A stretch of DNA of 37,965 bases from a virus. Lineage: Duplodnaviria > Caudoviricetes. Numbering within the stretch: the first letter of the stretch is position 1; each line of letters starts with the position of its first letter. The notes below the pieces were generated by a model, which worked only from the letters and a program-made list of their open reading frames with translations, was not told the DNA's origin and did no database searches. The stretch is taken from IMG/VR virus record IMGVR_UViG_3300010052_000157, positions 1 to 37,965 of that record; one strand, 5' to 3'. A program made the translations under genes and the position numbers. This document shows positions 25,489-33,955 of the stretch, piece by piece.

Positions 25489-27018
25489 CTAATCGCCTCC
25501 CCTGTACACGTTGCCGTAGCCTTCCGACTCGGCGAATGGGTCGTATTCGGGAAGCCCCCAATGTTGGTAGCCGCCCTGGTTGGAGACGAGAAGCTTGAGT
25601 GATTCCTTCGCCCGGTAGATCGTGTTCTTGCTGAAGCCGGCGTCGATGCCTGAGGAGACGATGTCCTTGGCCGGCCTGGATCCACCCGTGAGGAAAGTGA
25701 TGAGCCACCGCTCGCATTCCTTGCGGCGCTCGGCTGTCGGGCCGCGGCTGCCATCATCGCTATCGCGGCGCTTGTTGAACGGATTCTCGCCGGCGGACTC
25801 GATGTACTGCACCTCGAGATCGACTCGCCGGAACTGAAACGTGTCGCCTCGAGGGACGAGGATCGAGCCCTTCTCATCGGTTACCACGACCACGCCGCGG
25901 TAGTGGGCGTCCTCCTTGCTTTGAGGATGCCAGCGAAGGACCATCTGCCCGCGGAACGAGTTGCGGAACTGGACGGATCCCATGCCGAGGTCCGATGCCG
26001 ACTTATCGACCGTTCCTTTGCTCGTGTGGCGCACGACGGCGCAAACAGCACCCGTCTCTGTGGCGATGTGGTTCACCAGCTGGCAGACGGGCAGGGCCTG
26101 GAGCGCATCGTTCGTGTTCGTGCCTGAGGGGAGGAAGTAGAAGAACGGGTCGAAGATGACGAAGCCGAAACCGCCGCGGCGCACCGTCTGGATGATCTCC
26201 TCGGCATACTCGGGCGTGAGCGTCCGGCCATCGTTGCTGTAGGCGATCCAACCGGGGACACCGCCGTTGGCGCGGTAGATGGTCTCGTACTCCTCGGCGC
26301 GATCAGCGTCGCGATAGAGCAGGAGCGTACGGACGGGCGGTCCATGGACCTTGCCGAAAGCGGACACGCCTTTTGAGAGCCCTGCTGCAACCGAGAGCAG
26401 CCAGCTGGTTTTGCCCGTGCCGCCGTCAGCGTCGACCAAGACCGACTTGCCCTTGGGGAAATACGGCTCGATCAGATAGTCGACCGAAACCGGCTCGAAG
26501 TCGCCATTGAAACTGATGATCGTCGAGAGCCCGGGGCCGTCGACCTTGGCCGGGTTTCTCAAGCCCTGCGCAAGTTTCGGAGTGACGGCCAGCATCTTCG
26601 AGAGAGAGCTCGTGTCGATCTCCTGCAGCGCTCTGACCAGGCGGCGGCGAAGCACGCGCTTTCCATAATCCTCGAGAACGATGGCGCCGTAATACTCGAT
26701 GTTGGCCGCACTCGGGACGGACTCAGCAATCTGGATGAGATAGTCTTCGCCGCCGATGAGGGCGAGCCCGCCATAACGCAGGAGAGCGTTCTTCACGGTG
26801 AGCAGCTCGACGGCCGTGCCTTCCGCCTTCAGTGCGTGGATGACCTTGGCAATCTCGAAGTGGGCTGGAAATCCGAACGCCTTCGCCGGCACATTGTCAC
26901 AGAACCATGCGAGGTGCTCGGGCTTGCCGATGATGGCCGCTCCAAGCGTCGCCATCTCAGCTTCCAGATTCAGGATATGGTTGTCGGTATCAGGCTGCGT
27001 CTGGTTCGCCATCGCCAT
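25489..27018 (-). CDS. Replication helicase: DnaB N-terminal domain + AAA_25/RepA-like ATPase
   Basis: 'NLEAEMATLGA...VPSAANIEYY' DnaB-N; Walker A ADGGTGKT; Walker B VIFDP; 'VRHTSK', 'GSVQF'. Confidence 0.85.
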   Translation of the reverse strand: MAMANQTQPDTDNHILNLEAEMATLGAAIIGKPEHLAWFCDNVPAKAFGFPAHFEIAKVIHALKAEGTAVELLTVKNALLRYGGLALIGGEDYLIQIAESVPSAANIEYYGAIVLEDYGKRVLRRRLVRALQEIDTSSLSKMLAVTPKLAQGLRNPAKVDGPGLSTIISFNGDFEPVSVDYLIEPYFPKGKSVLVDADGGTGKTSWLLSVAAGLSKGVSAFGKVHGPPVRTLLLYRDADRAEEYETIYRANGGVPGWIAYSNDGRTLTPEYAEEIIQTVRRGGFGFVIFDPFFYFLPSGTNTNDALQALPVCQLVNHIATETGAVCAVVRHTSKGTVDKSASDLGMGSVQFRNSFRGQMVLRWHPQSKEDAHYRGVVVVTDEKGSILVPRGDTFQFRRVDLEVQYIESAGENPFNKRRDSDDGSRGPTAERRKECERWLITFLTGGSRPAKDIVSSGIDAGFSKNTIYRAKESLKLLVSNQGGYQHWGLPEYDPFAESEGYGNVYRGGD

Positions 27019-27211
27019 CCTTGCGTGAACGCCTGTATCTCTCGATCGTGGCAGCGCGCTCCGCTACTGCCTCCCGGTGCTGAGGTGAATCTGTTCCGTG
27101 AAGTTCCTCCATGAGAGCGACGTTGCTGTTCGCCCTCGATACGTCTTCGAATGTGATCGGTCCTGCTTGCACAGGGGCCTCTAACGCGCGCCGGCGCGAT
27201 CGCGTAGCCAT
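26990..27211 (-). CDS. Small hypothetical protein (73 aa)
   Basis: ATG 27211 coupled to the RuvC stop (TGATG). Confidence 0.5.
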   Translation of the reverse strand: MATRSRRRALEAPVQAGPITFEDVSRANSNVALMEELHGTDSPQHREAVAERAATIERYRRSRKDGDGEPDAA

Positions 27212-27666
27212 CAGACAAGCCTCCGGCCGTACTCGGCGATACAGATAGCGTCCGCGATTCCAGAATGCGGAATACGGCAACCCTTGCGGACGAGCTCGGC
27301 GGACGGGTACGCCCTGCGCACGTAGGCGACTGCAGCGCTCTTGTCCTTCGACGTGCCCGATAGGACGGCCTTCTGCCACGCCTGAGGCGTGACGAGCTCT
27401 AGACGGATCCCGAGGGCCGCGACGACACCCTTGATGCCGCCGTAGCCCTCCCCAAACTTGAACGTGCTCGAGACGCCTTGCTTCGGCATGGCGTGGACCT
27501 TCTCGATGACGACGAGATCCGGAACCGATGCGCGCATGATCCGAGCGACCTCGGCCAGGTCGATCTCCGTCCCGGCCAAGGGCATCGGCCAGACCGTGAC
27601 CTGACCACCAACGATGATGGCTAGGCCGCCGGTCTGACCAGGGTCAATCCCGAGCACGCACGTCAC
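27211..27666 (-). CDS. RuvC-like Holliday junction resolvase
   Basis: LGIDPG, VVIEKV, SSTFKFG, VTPQAWQK, ADAICIA; GTGA overlap at the start. Confidence 0.88.
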   Translation of the reverse strand: MTCVLGIDPGQTGGLAIIVGGQVTVWPMPLAGTEIDLAEVARIMRASVPDLVVIEKVHAMPKQGVSSTFKFGEGYGGIKGVVAALGIRLELVTPQAWQKAVLSGTSKDKSAAVAYVRRAYPSAELVRKGCRIPHSGIADAICIAEYGRRLV

Positions 27667-28793
27667 GCCGCCACCCTCTTCCACTCCGTGAGGAGAGACG
27701 CGTCGATCTCGCGTTGCTTGAATGGCGGCATGGCGCTGTAGACATCGAGCCAGCCTTGGTATCTCGCATCGAATTGCGCGATCTGATCGTCGGTGACTCG
27801 GCTCAGCTGGGTCAGCGGGCCAAGGTCGGCGATGTGTGCCTTGATGCTCGCCTTATCATCCGGCCAACGCCTGCGTACCGAGCGCGTGAGCGCGTGGATG
27901 AGCTGGACGGTCGCCTCGGGCACGACGCCATCCAGCGGCATCGGCGGCGCGAAGACCTCTTCGATCTGCTCCGCCTTCGGTTCTTCGACCTTCGGCGGCT
28001 CGAGACGCTCACCAGCAGCCGCGAGCCGCTTCGCTCTCGCCATCGCCGCTCGCTCCTGTGGGGTCATGGGCTCAGGCACATCGATGCTGAGCGATCGGAG
28101 CGCCTGGCGAATGCCGGCGGTGTCCATGTCACGCAGCTCAGGGTGCCTTGAGTTGCGCGTTGAACTGTAGAGGAACTTGAGCCGATCCGGGATCGACTTG
28201 TCCGCATACTTCGCCCAGAGCTCGAGCAGGCGATCCTGCCAAGTCTGAGACGACGTGCCGCTGGAGCTGACTACGTCCTTTGCAACTGATTCGATGCCCG
28301 TGTACGCGCCGTCGGCTGGCTTCGGATCTTCCTTCGGCTCAGTCTCAACCGGCTTCGGCAACCGGCTCAGAAACTCCTCTTCCTGCTCGTCAGCGTCGTC
28401 GGTGATGTCCTTGCACCCCAATCCAGCGCATCGCTCGTTTTTGCAGTTAGGGCACCAATCCTCAATCACGGCGCCGGGAGATTGGCCCGCGATCATCGTA
28501 TCGATGTCGTCATTCAGCGTCGGGCCAGGCTCTGGAAACTCCATGCCCTCATGGCGCAGAAGCGGGGTTTCGGTCACCGGTGCGGTTACGGGCGTCAAGC
28601 CCAGATCAGCGGCTAGGCGGTCGAGGCCCTCATCGGTCGGGCGAATCGGGATCCTGAATGGCACCGGCTCGAACTCTGCGCGGAGCAGATCGAAAAGCTC
28701 ACGAGCCTCTGCCTCGACAATCGCGGTCGTGTGATCTCCGATGCGGATGCAGTACATGCGCTCGAGCGCGATGGTCTTGAGGTCTTGGCTCAC
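27663..28793 (-). CDS. Hypothetical protein with CxxC-x4-C-x4-C cluster
   Basis: 376 aa, coupled to both neighbours; WCPNCKNERCAGLGC. Confidence 0.7.
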   Translation of the reverse strand: MSQDLKTIALERMYCIRIGDHTTAIVEAEARELFDLLRAEFEPVPFRIPIRPTDEGLDRLAADLGLTPVTAPVTETPLLRHEGMEFPEPGPTLNDDIDTMIAGQSPGAVIEDWCPNCKNERCAGLGCKDITDDADEQEEEFLSRLPKPVETEPKEDPKPADGAYTGIESVAKDVVSSSGTSSQTWQDRLLELWAKYADKSIPDRLKFLYSSTRNSRHPELRDMDTAGIRQALRSLSIDVPEPMTPQERAAMARAKRLAAAGERLEPPKVEEPKAEQIEEVFAPPMPLDGVVPEATVQLIHALTRSVRRRWPDDKASIKAHIADLGPLTQLSRVTDDQIAQFDARYQGWLDVYSAMPPFKQREIDASLLTEWKRVAA

Positions 28794-29755
28794 ACGTCCT
28801 CCAGATCGGGCATCGGCCCGAACAGCGAATCATCATCATCGTCATCGTCGTCGTCCTCGGTCGCAGACGCAACGTCGGGCGGATCGGCGAGCGGCTGATC
28901 GTCTCCTGTCGGCGCAGGCACCCCGTCGACGATCTCCGCAGTGACCGTGCCGCCGTCGCCTGCTGCAAACTCCATCAGCGACTCAAAATCCGCAGCGCCT
29001 TCCGCCTTGGCCCTGAGGGCAATCTCGCCCCACTCGAATCCGTTTGCGCCGCAGCGTGTCTTGAAGGCCGACACTTGATCTGGGGTTAGGCCGAGCGACT
29101 TGAGAAACTGACCTGAACCGGGGAACTTTGGCTGCGCCTTCGAGGCCTCGGCGTTGTCGGCCATATCCTCGACGTCCTGAGTGAACCGATCGGACAGGCC
29201 GATGGTCACAACCACCGCTGCGACCAGCGCGCGCTTCTCTGCCATCTTGAGAACCGTGTTCTCGCAGTCCCGGGGACGATCGATGTACTTGGACTCAAGG
29301 GAGCTGCAAACACCGATTCCGGATCCGACCACTTCCCCGGTCATCTTGTGAATGAGCCGGCACCGAACGACATAGCGGTAAAGCCCAAGACTCGTTCCGG
29401 ACTCCTCAACCCACCGGAACTCCCGATCTCCGCGGTGGCGGTTAAGCCACTCCTTCTTTCGCTTCGTCCAAAGGCACTCACGATCGTGGTCGACTTCTTC
29501 CGCGACCACCTCGAAGTCAGCCATCAGGCCGAAAGCGATCATGAGCGCCTCGGCGCCTGGCTTCAGCAGAGTGGGCTTTCCGCCAGTGCCAGGAATCTGG
29601 CCGTAGTCTCGGCCCTCCTTGAGGGCTCCCTGAATGATCTGCGCGACCTGGTCATGGCGCTGGATGATCTGGGCAGGAGCCACGAGCGGCATGAGCATGC
29701 CGGCGTCCGGCCGGGCAAGAGTAGGAGCCTCGACTTGCGCGAGTTCGTTAGACAT
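28790..29755 (-). CDS. Putative recombination/ssDNA-annealing protein with acidic tail
   Basis: GGAGG then ATG 29755; 'LKEGRDYGQIPG...KPTLLKPGAE', 'NTVLKMAEKRALV...FTQDVED'; poly-Asp C-terminus. Confidence 0.6.
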   Translation of the reverse strand: MSNELAQVEAPTLARPDAGMLMPLVAPAQIIQRHDQVAQIIQGALKEGRDYGQIPGTGGKPTLLKPGAEALMIAFGLMADFEVVAEEVDHDRECLWTKRKKEWLNRHRGDREFRWVEESGTSLGLYRYVVRCRLIHKMTGEVVGSGIGVCSSLESKYIDRPRDCENTVLKMAEKRALVAAVVVTIGLSDRFTQDVEDMADNAEASKAQPKFPGSGQFLKSLGLTPDQVSAFKTRCGANGFEWGEIALRAKAEGAADFESLMEFAAGDGGTVTAEIVDGVPAPTGDDQPLADPPDVASATEDDDDDDDDDSLFGPMPDLEDV

Positions 29756-29792
29756 GGTTGGCCACCTCCTTGGAGTGGTGTAAATTGCCGGG

Positions 29793-30089
29793 ATGGAAAG
29801 ACCGAGCCACGACGAGCGGCTGGCGCTCGTGATTGAGGCGCTGCGGATGGAGCAGAGTCGCGTGAGCCTTGCAGTGAAGATCTCCAAGGCATGGGGGAGC
29901 GACTGGGATGGCAACGACGAATCGAACGCTATCCTGCGTCGACTCCAGGCAGTCCTTCACGCGCGATCCAATCTCCTTGAGTCCGAAGGCAACATGGACC
30001 TGGCCGTCGATCAGGCGATCGCTTACGCTGGATCGCTGAACACCGAAGGGGTTAACCATGCGATTCGCTCCCTGTTCGAAGTTCAGTAA
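29793..30089 (+). CDS. Small antisense hypothetical protein (98 aa)
   Basis: Fills the gap between minus-strand genes; TAAATT at 29781-29786 lies 6 nt before the ATG. Confidence 0.55.
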   Translation: MERPSHDERLALVIEALRMEQSRVSLAVKISKAWGSDWDGNDESNAILRRLQAVLHARSNLLESEGNMDLAVDQAIAYAGSLNTEGVNHAIRSLFEVQ

Positions 30090-30258
30090 CGCGGAGCAGC
30101 GCCGACTCAAGATCGTGGATCGCGCTCTTGGCATGCGCGATCGCAAAGGCTAAATCGCTCTCCGCGGCGACAAGGGCTCGCTCCGGCGCATCGGCTGGCG
30201 TCAACAGGACCCTAGCGCCCGTAGCTTGCAGCAGCTTTTCAGTCTGCGTAAGTTCCAA
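30052..30258 (-). CDS. Small hypothetical protein (68 aa)
   Basis: TTG start with AAGGAGG SD. Confidence 0.55.
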   Translation of the reverse strand: MELTQTEKLLQATGARVLLTPADAPERALVAAESDLAFAIAHAKSAIHDLESALLRVTELRTGSESHG

Positions 30259-30293
30259 CTAGGCCACCTCCTTGGTGGTTTGTGCCTCTACCC

Positions 30294-30399
30294 TTGGCAT
30301 CGGGGCCTGCCCTGCGCTACAATGAACGCGGAGAGACGTGTTCCTCCAAATCAGCCCGGTCTCGCTCGTGCTAGGAGCCATGAGACCGGGTTCTCTTTT
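30294..30399 (+). ncRNA. Candidate antisense sRNA with own promoter and terminator
   Basis: TTGGCA(30294-99)-N18-TACAAT(30318-23); stem cccggtctc/gagaccggg (30355-63/30382-90) followed by ttctctttt. Confidence 0.5.
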
Positions 30400-30409
30400 G
30401 CCTGCCATG

Positions 30410-30628
30410 CTAGGCGGCCTCCGGCGCTCCACTCGGGTTATCACCCAACGAAGTGCTCTTGAGCTTCCTTCGCCACCAGTAGTAGGTCTCTCGAGGGATC
30501 CCCACACGACGGCACGCACGTGATGGCCCAATCTCAGGAAACACGCTGAGCAAGGCATCCACTTCGGCCACCTTTTCCCTAGTCGTCTTGCCTGGTTTTG
30601 AATCGGGCGTTTGGATTTCGTGCGACAT
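30410..30628 (-). CDS. Cro-like HTH protein
   Basis: 72 aa; 'GPSRACRRVGIPRETYYWWRRK' HTH; divergent from the repressor. Confidence 0.75.
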   Translation of the reverse strand: MSHEIQTPDSKPGKTTREKVAEVDALLSVFPEIGPSRACRRVGIPRETYYWWRRKLKSTSLGDNPSGAPEAA

Positions 30629-30635
30629 CGGTCAT

Positions 30636-30668
30636 ATAATAGCACAGCATTTACACAAGACTGTGCAA
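30636..30668 (-). promoter_or_regulatory. Operator/promoter for the cro operon (OR/PR-like)
   Basis: TTACACA-agac-TGTGCAA near-palindrome at 30651-30668; extended -10 TGCTATTAT at 30644-30636. Confidence 0.75.
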
Positions 30669-30701
30669 CTTCTAGAAAAAAAGGCGTGGAAACTGTTCTT
30701 C

Positions 30702-31358
30702 ATGGCAGAGGAAGAACACAAAGAGCTAGCGAGCATTCGCAAGGCTCTTCGGCTCACCCTGGACGAGATGGCACCAAAGGTCGGGGCGCTGAATTCCTCG
30801 CAATACAAGAACTGGGAATACGGCCGCGCTCGAGTTCCTAGGCAGGCTTTAGTGCGAGCCAGGGCGCTGCTGGCTGGGGAGCGTATTTCCGACGTGGGAG
30901 AGCCCAGAGGGGCCATGAGCGAAACGGAGGTTCCGGTGCCCTACATTGGACGCGTGGCTGCATCATCAAAAATTGCTTGGGCGAATCCGCTCGAAGCTGA
31001 CCTCACGGAGTACCTGCCGGTGCACATGGTGTCCATGCGCGGTATCTTCTGCGCCCGTGTTGACGGCGACTCCATGATGCCGTTGCTTCAGCCGGAGGAC
31101 CTTGCCGTGTTCAAGGCAGCGGAATACGCTCGGACGGGGTCGATAGTGTATTACGTGCACGAAGAGACCCAAACTGCGACGATCAAGGTCTTGAAGCACG
31201 ATGGCGTTCGGCCTGTCCTCCACCCTCTCAATCCAGCCTACGAGCAGGAGCCCGCGAACGGGAAATGCCTTGGAATTCTCGTCGGGTTTGTCCGGACGAT
31301 CGGCAAGAGAACGATCACCGACTACGACCCCGAGGGGCTCCGTCCAGACTTTTTTTAA
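30702..31358 (+). CDS. CI-like repressor (HTH + S24 peptidase)
   Basis: 'IRKALRLTLDEMA...QYKNWEYG' HTH; 'RVDGDSMMP' catalytic Ser and 'ATIKVL' Lys; start taken at ATG 30702. Confidence 0.9.
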   Translation: MAEEEHKELASIRKALRLTLDEMAPKVGALNSSQYKNWEYGRARVPRQALVRARALLAGERISDVGEPRGAMSETEVPVPYIGRVAASSKIAWANPLEADLTEYLPVHMVSMRGIFCARVDGDSMMPLLQPEDLAVFKAAEYARTGSIVYYVHEETQTATIKVLKHDGVRPVLHPLNPAYEQEPANGKCLGILVGFVRTIGKRTITDYDPEGLRPDFF

Positions 31359-31386
31359 TCTGCGGCGCACTTTTTTAGTGCAACTA

Positions 31387-31417
31387 TTGCACAACTCTGT
31401 GCAAACTGTGTTATGAT
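31387..31417 (+). promoter_or_regulatory. Operator/promoter for the early plus-strand operon (OL/PL-like)
   Basis: Perfect TTGCACA-actc-TGTGCAA at 31387-31404; extended -10 TGTTATGAT at 31409-31417. Confidence 0.8.
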
Positions 31418-31455
31418 GTTCCTAGTGGTCGCTAGCACCGGCCACAGAGGAACAC

Positions 31456-31623
31456 ATGAAGCAACTCAAGAAGAACGAGAGCAAGCCATCCAAGGCCCCT
31501 CGCCATTCGACTCACCGCGAACTCCGCGGTTCTGATCGCCGAGCCATCCGCCGCGAGTGGCGCGAAGCACAGGCGATCATCCTCCACCCGAGCCTCTTCG
31601 CCGGGCAGCTGGAGGTGGCGTAA
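31456..31623 (+). CDS. Small basic Arg-rich protein (55 aa)
   Basis: GAGG SD; MKQLKKNESKPSKAPRHSTHRELRGSDRRAIRREWREAQ...; stop coupled to the next ATG; not in the ORF track. Confidence 0.65.
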   Translation: MKQLKKNESKPSKAPRHSTHRELRGSDRRAIRREWREAQAIILHPSLFAGQLEVA

Positions 31624-32003
31624 TGCCCGAACCTCGATCCAAGTTCGTCCAGAGCATCATCGACATGGGCGCCGTCGAGGACGCCAAGCGTTTCACCGCG
31701 ATCGTCCGCGACATGAAGAAGTTCACCGATGCGCTCACCGAGGGCGTCACGGAGTTCGGGCAGCGCCACAAGAAGCTCGGTGAGTCGCTCGGCAAGATCG
31801 AGCCCCAGCGCCGCGCCGATGTCCTCGGGCTCCAGCTGGTCGGCCACCTCGGCACGGATGCTGTTCGCGTCCACGACCTGGCCGATGAGATCATCCGCCA
31901 AGCCCACCGACTCAAGGAGATCGCTTCGCGCGAACTCTGCGAGGACTGGGCCGAAACCCAGCTCGACGCCTCGATCAAGGTCATTCAGGGAGGTGCCGCG
32001 TAA
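31623..32003 (+). CDS. Hypothetical protein
   Basis: GGAGG SD; TAATG coupling at 31621-31625. Confidence 0.7.
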   Translation: MPEPRSKFVQSIIDMGAVEDAKRFTAIVRDMKKFTDALTEGVTEFGQRHKKLGESLGKIEPQRRADVLGLQLVGHLGTDAVRVHDLADEIIRQAHRLKEIASRELCEDWAETQLDASIKVIQGGAA

Positions 32004-32164
32004 TGGCTTGCACCTGCCGTAACCTAACGGACTGGGAGCCCTACGGCGACACCTACGTCGCCCGTGAGACCTTCGAGCAATGCGACGAGTGCTATGAGCG
32101 CGACGTCATGCGGGAGCTCGATGAGCAGTTCGCCGAGTTCAATGCCGATGAGGTCTCGCGATGA
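32003..32164 (+). CDS. Small Cys-containing protein (53 aa; CxC...CxxC)
   Basis: GGAGG SD; coupled at both ends; MACTCRNLTDWEPYG...QCDECYE; not in the ORF track. Confidence 0.65.
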   Translation: MACTCRNLTDWEPYGDTYVARETFEQCDECYERDVMRELDEQFAEFNADEVSR

Positions 32165-32661
32165 GCGCAGCACCCACCATCTACACGCTCGCGGAGGACG
32201 TGCTGCGTCTTCACGCGCTGCTCCTCGATGCCGAGTGCACCGAAGAGACCATCGACCAGGCTATCACCGAGTTCTTGCGCGGCGCGGGAACGGAGAAGCT
32301 CGAGCAGTACTGCAAGCTCATCCGTTCCTTGGGCCGTGAGGCCAAGGCGATCCGCGAGGAGGAGAAGGACCTCGCTGCCAAGCGCAAGGCTCGCGAGAAT
32401 GCCGAGGAGCGCATGAAGGGCCGGCTGCAGATGGTCCTCGAGGCCGGTGGGCTGTCGAAGATCGACGCAGGTGTGTTCAGCATCGCACTCCAGAACAATC
32501 CGCCGGCACTCACGATCGACGAAGGGACCGACCTCCCGGATGAACTGATGATCGTGCCCCCGCCCGTGCCGAACAAGGACCTGATCCGAGAGCGGCTTGA
32601 GGCCGGCGAAGAGATTCCTGGCTGCCGCCTGACCCAAGGGAGGCACGTTCGCATCAGGTGA
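32161..32661 (+). CDS. Siphovirus Gp157 family protein
   Basis: 'AKAIREEEKDLAAKRK...FSIALQNNPP...PNKDLI...GEEIPGCRL'. Confidence 0.88.
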   Translation: MSAAPTIYTLAEDVLRLHALLLDAECTEETIDQAITEFLRGAGTEKLEQYCKLIRSLGREAKAIREEEKDLAAKRKARENAEERMKGRLQMVLEAGGLSKIDAGVFSIALQNNPPALTIDEGTDLPDELMIVPPPVPNKDLIRERLEAGEEIPGCRLTQGRHVRIR

Positions 32662-32867
32662 ACATCGACCTCCCACCTACCCCCGCCCAGCGCCAGCCGG
32701 CCGTTCTCGTCCAACCGGATCCCATTTACCGGCTCATGGGCGGGACCCGGCTGGACCATGTCGTCATCCGCGGCCAGAAGGCACACGCCTACGTTAACGG
32801 CCGCTACTGCTGTCTCCGCGCCAAGAACGTGCGGCTGATCGCCAAGGAGAACCAAGAACCGAAATGA
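32658..32867 (+). CDS. Hypothetical protein
   Basis: 69 aa, 4-bp overlaps at both ends. Confidence 0.6.
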   Translation: MNIDLPPTPAQRQPAVLVQPDPIYRLMGGTRLDHVVIRGQKAHAYVNGRYCCLRAKNVRLIAKENQEPK

Positions 32868-33955
32868 GCACCCTCGTAACCAAGAAAGGTATCGCCAACC
32901 TCGCAGCCAATCTCTGCCAGCGACACGTCCTCGCCGAGCTCTTCGACCGCATCATCAAGGGCAAGTCCGACCCGATCACGATGAGCCAACTGGCCGGCGC
33001 GATCAATGTCACCACGGCCGAAGTCCATGAGGCCCTGCGAGCGCTCGAGCGCCGTGGCCTGCTCAAGATCGTAAGCGCCCACGACTGGGACGAGATCGGG
33101 TCCTTCTGCCTTGATGGAATCACGATCGATCTCGAGGTGGACCAGCTGGCCATCGCCACCCAGACGCGCCCCGAACCGTCGACGCCAAGCCGAGAAGTGA
33201 GCGGTATCGACCAGTTCGAGCTCGAGGGTGAGGCGAGGAGCGAGATCATCCGAGCGACGGTCTTGCCGCAGCGAAACATGGACGACACCTTGAACGGCTG
33301 GTTTACGCTGAACATCGTCCGCAACCCTGGCCTCGACGGCGAGTTCCTGATCCTCGACAAGGAGTTTCCAGACCTGCTCGAGGCGTGGGGTTACTGGGAT
33401 GAGTGGGCCGAAGGCTACAAGAAGGATGCCCTCAGCGATGAGCGCTTCCTCGACTGGATCGCTGAGATCGCGTCGCTGCCGAAGGAGACGGCCAAGGACG
33501 GCGACCACGAGGTTTCCGTCGTTGAACTGGCTACCGAGGAGTTCGAGCGCCTCGTGAGCTTGGTGCTCGAGGATGATGAGCGTCAGCGAGAGCTGACCAT
33601 CGAGTCGGGCGAGTGCATCTATCTCGACCGCTGCTATCGCCGATCGGACGATGGCGAAGCCTATCCCGACACCGTTGGGGCTCAGGAGCCGTTGCCCGAC
33701 TTCGATCAGGCCTTCGACATCACGATCGCCACGGCCGGCGGCGACCGACGCATCGCCGTCAACTGGACGCCCGAGGCGCTTGGGTCGGGAGTGCCGATGT
33801 CGCACTTCGAGTTCATCCCTGAATGGGACACGGATCAGGTGTGGCGACGCGAGGTCTTGCGCAACCGGATCCCGGGCGAGCACGACGAGTTCGTCCAGTT
33901 TGCGAGGCGCCTGGCGCAGGAGCACTACGACAAGCACGGAGGTGGCCAGTCGTGA
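32864..33955 (+). CDS. Acidic protein with N-terminal winged HTH
   Basis: 'ITMSQLAGAINVTTAEVHEALRALERRGLLKI'. Confidence 0.7.
   Translation: MSTLVTKKGIANLAANLCQRHVLAELFDRIIKGKSDPITMSQLAGAINVTTAEVHEALRALERRGLLKIVSAHDWDEIGSFCLDGITIDLEVDQLAIATQTRPEPSTPSREVSGIDQFELEGEARSEIIRATVLPQRNMDDTLNGWFTLNIVRNPGLDGEFLILDKEFPDLLEAWGYWDEWAEGYKKDALSDERFLDWIAEIASLPKETAKDGDHEVSVVELATEEFERLVSLVLEDDERQRELTIESGECIYLDRCYRRSDDGEAYPDTVGAQEPLPDFDQAFDITIATAGGDRRIAVNWTPEALGSGVPMSHFEFIPEWDTDQVWRREVLRNRIPGEHDEFVQFARRLAQEHYDKHGGGQS

Noticed and set aside
25406-25877. ORFs spanning the repeat cluster and helicase end
   Set aside because: Alternative frames of the helicase or translations of iterons.
30259-30645. 128-aa minus ORF overlapping cro
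   Set aside because: It overlaps the better-supported HTH ORF and begins inside the promoter; no convincing start.
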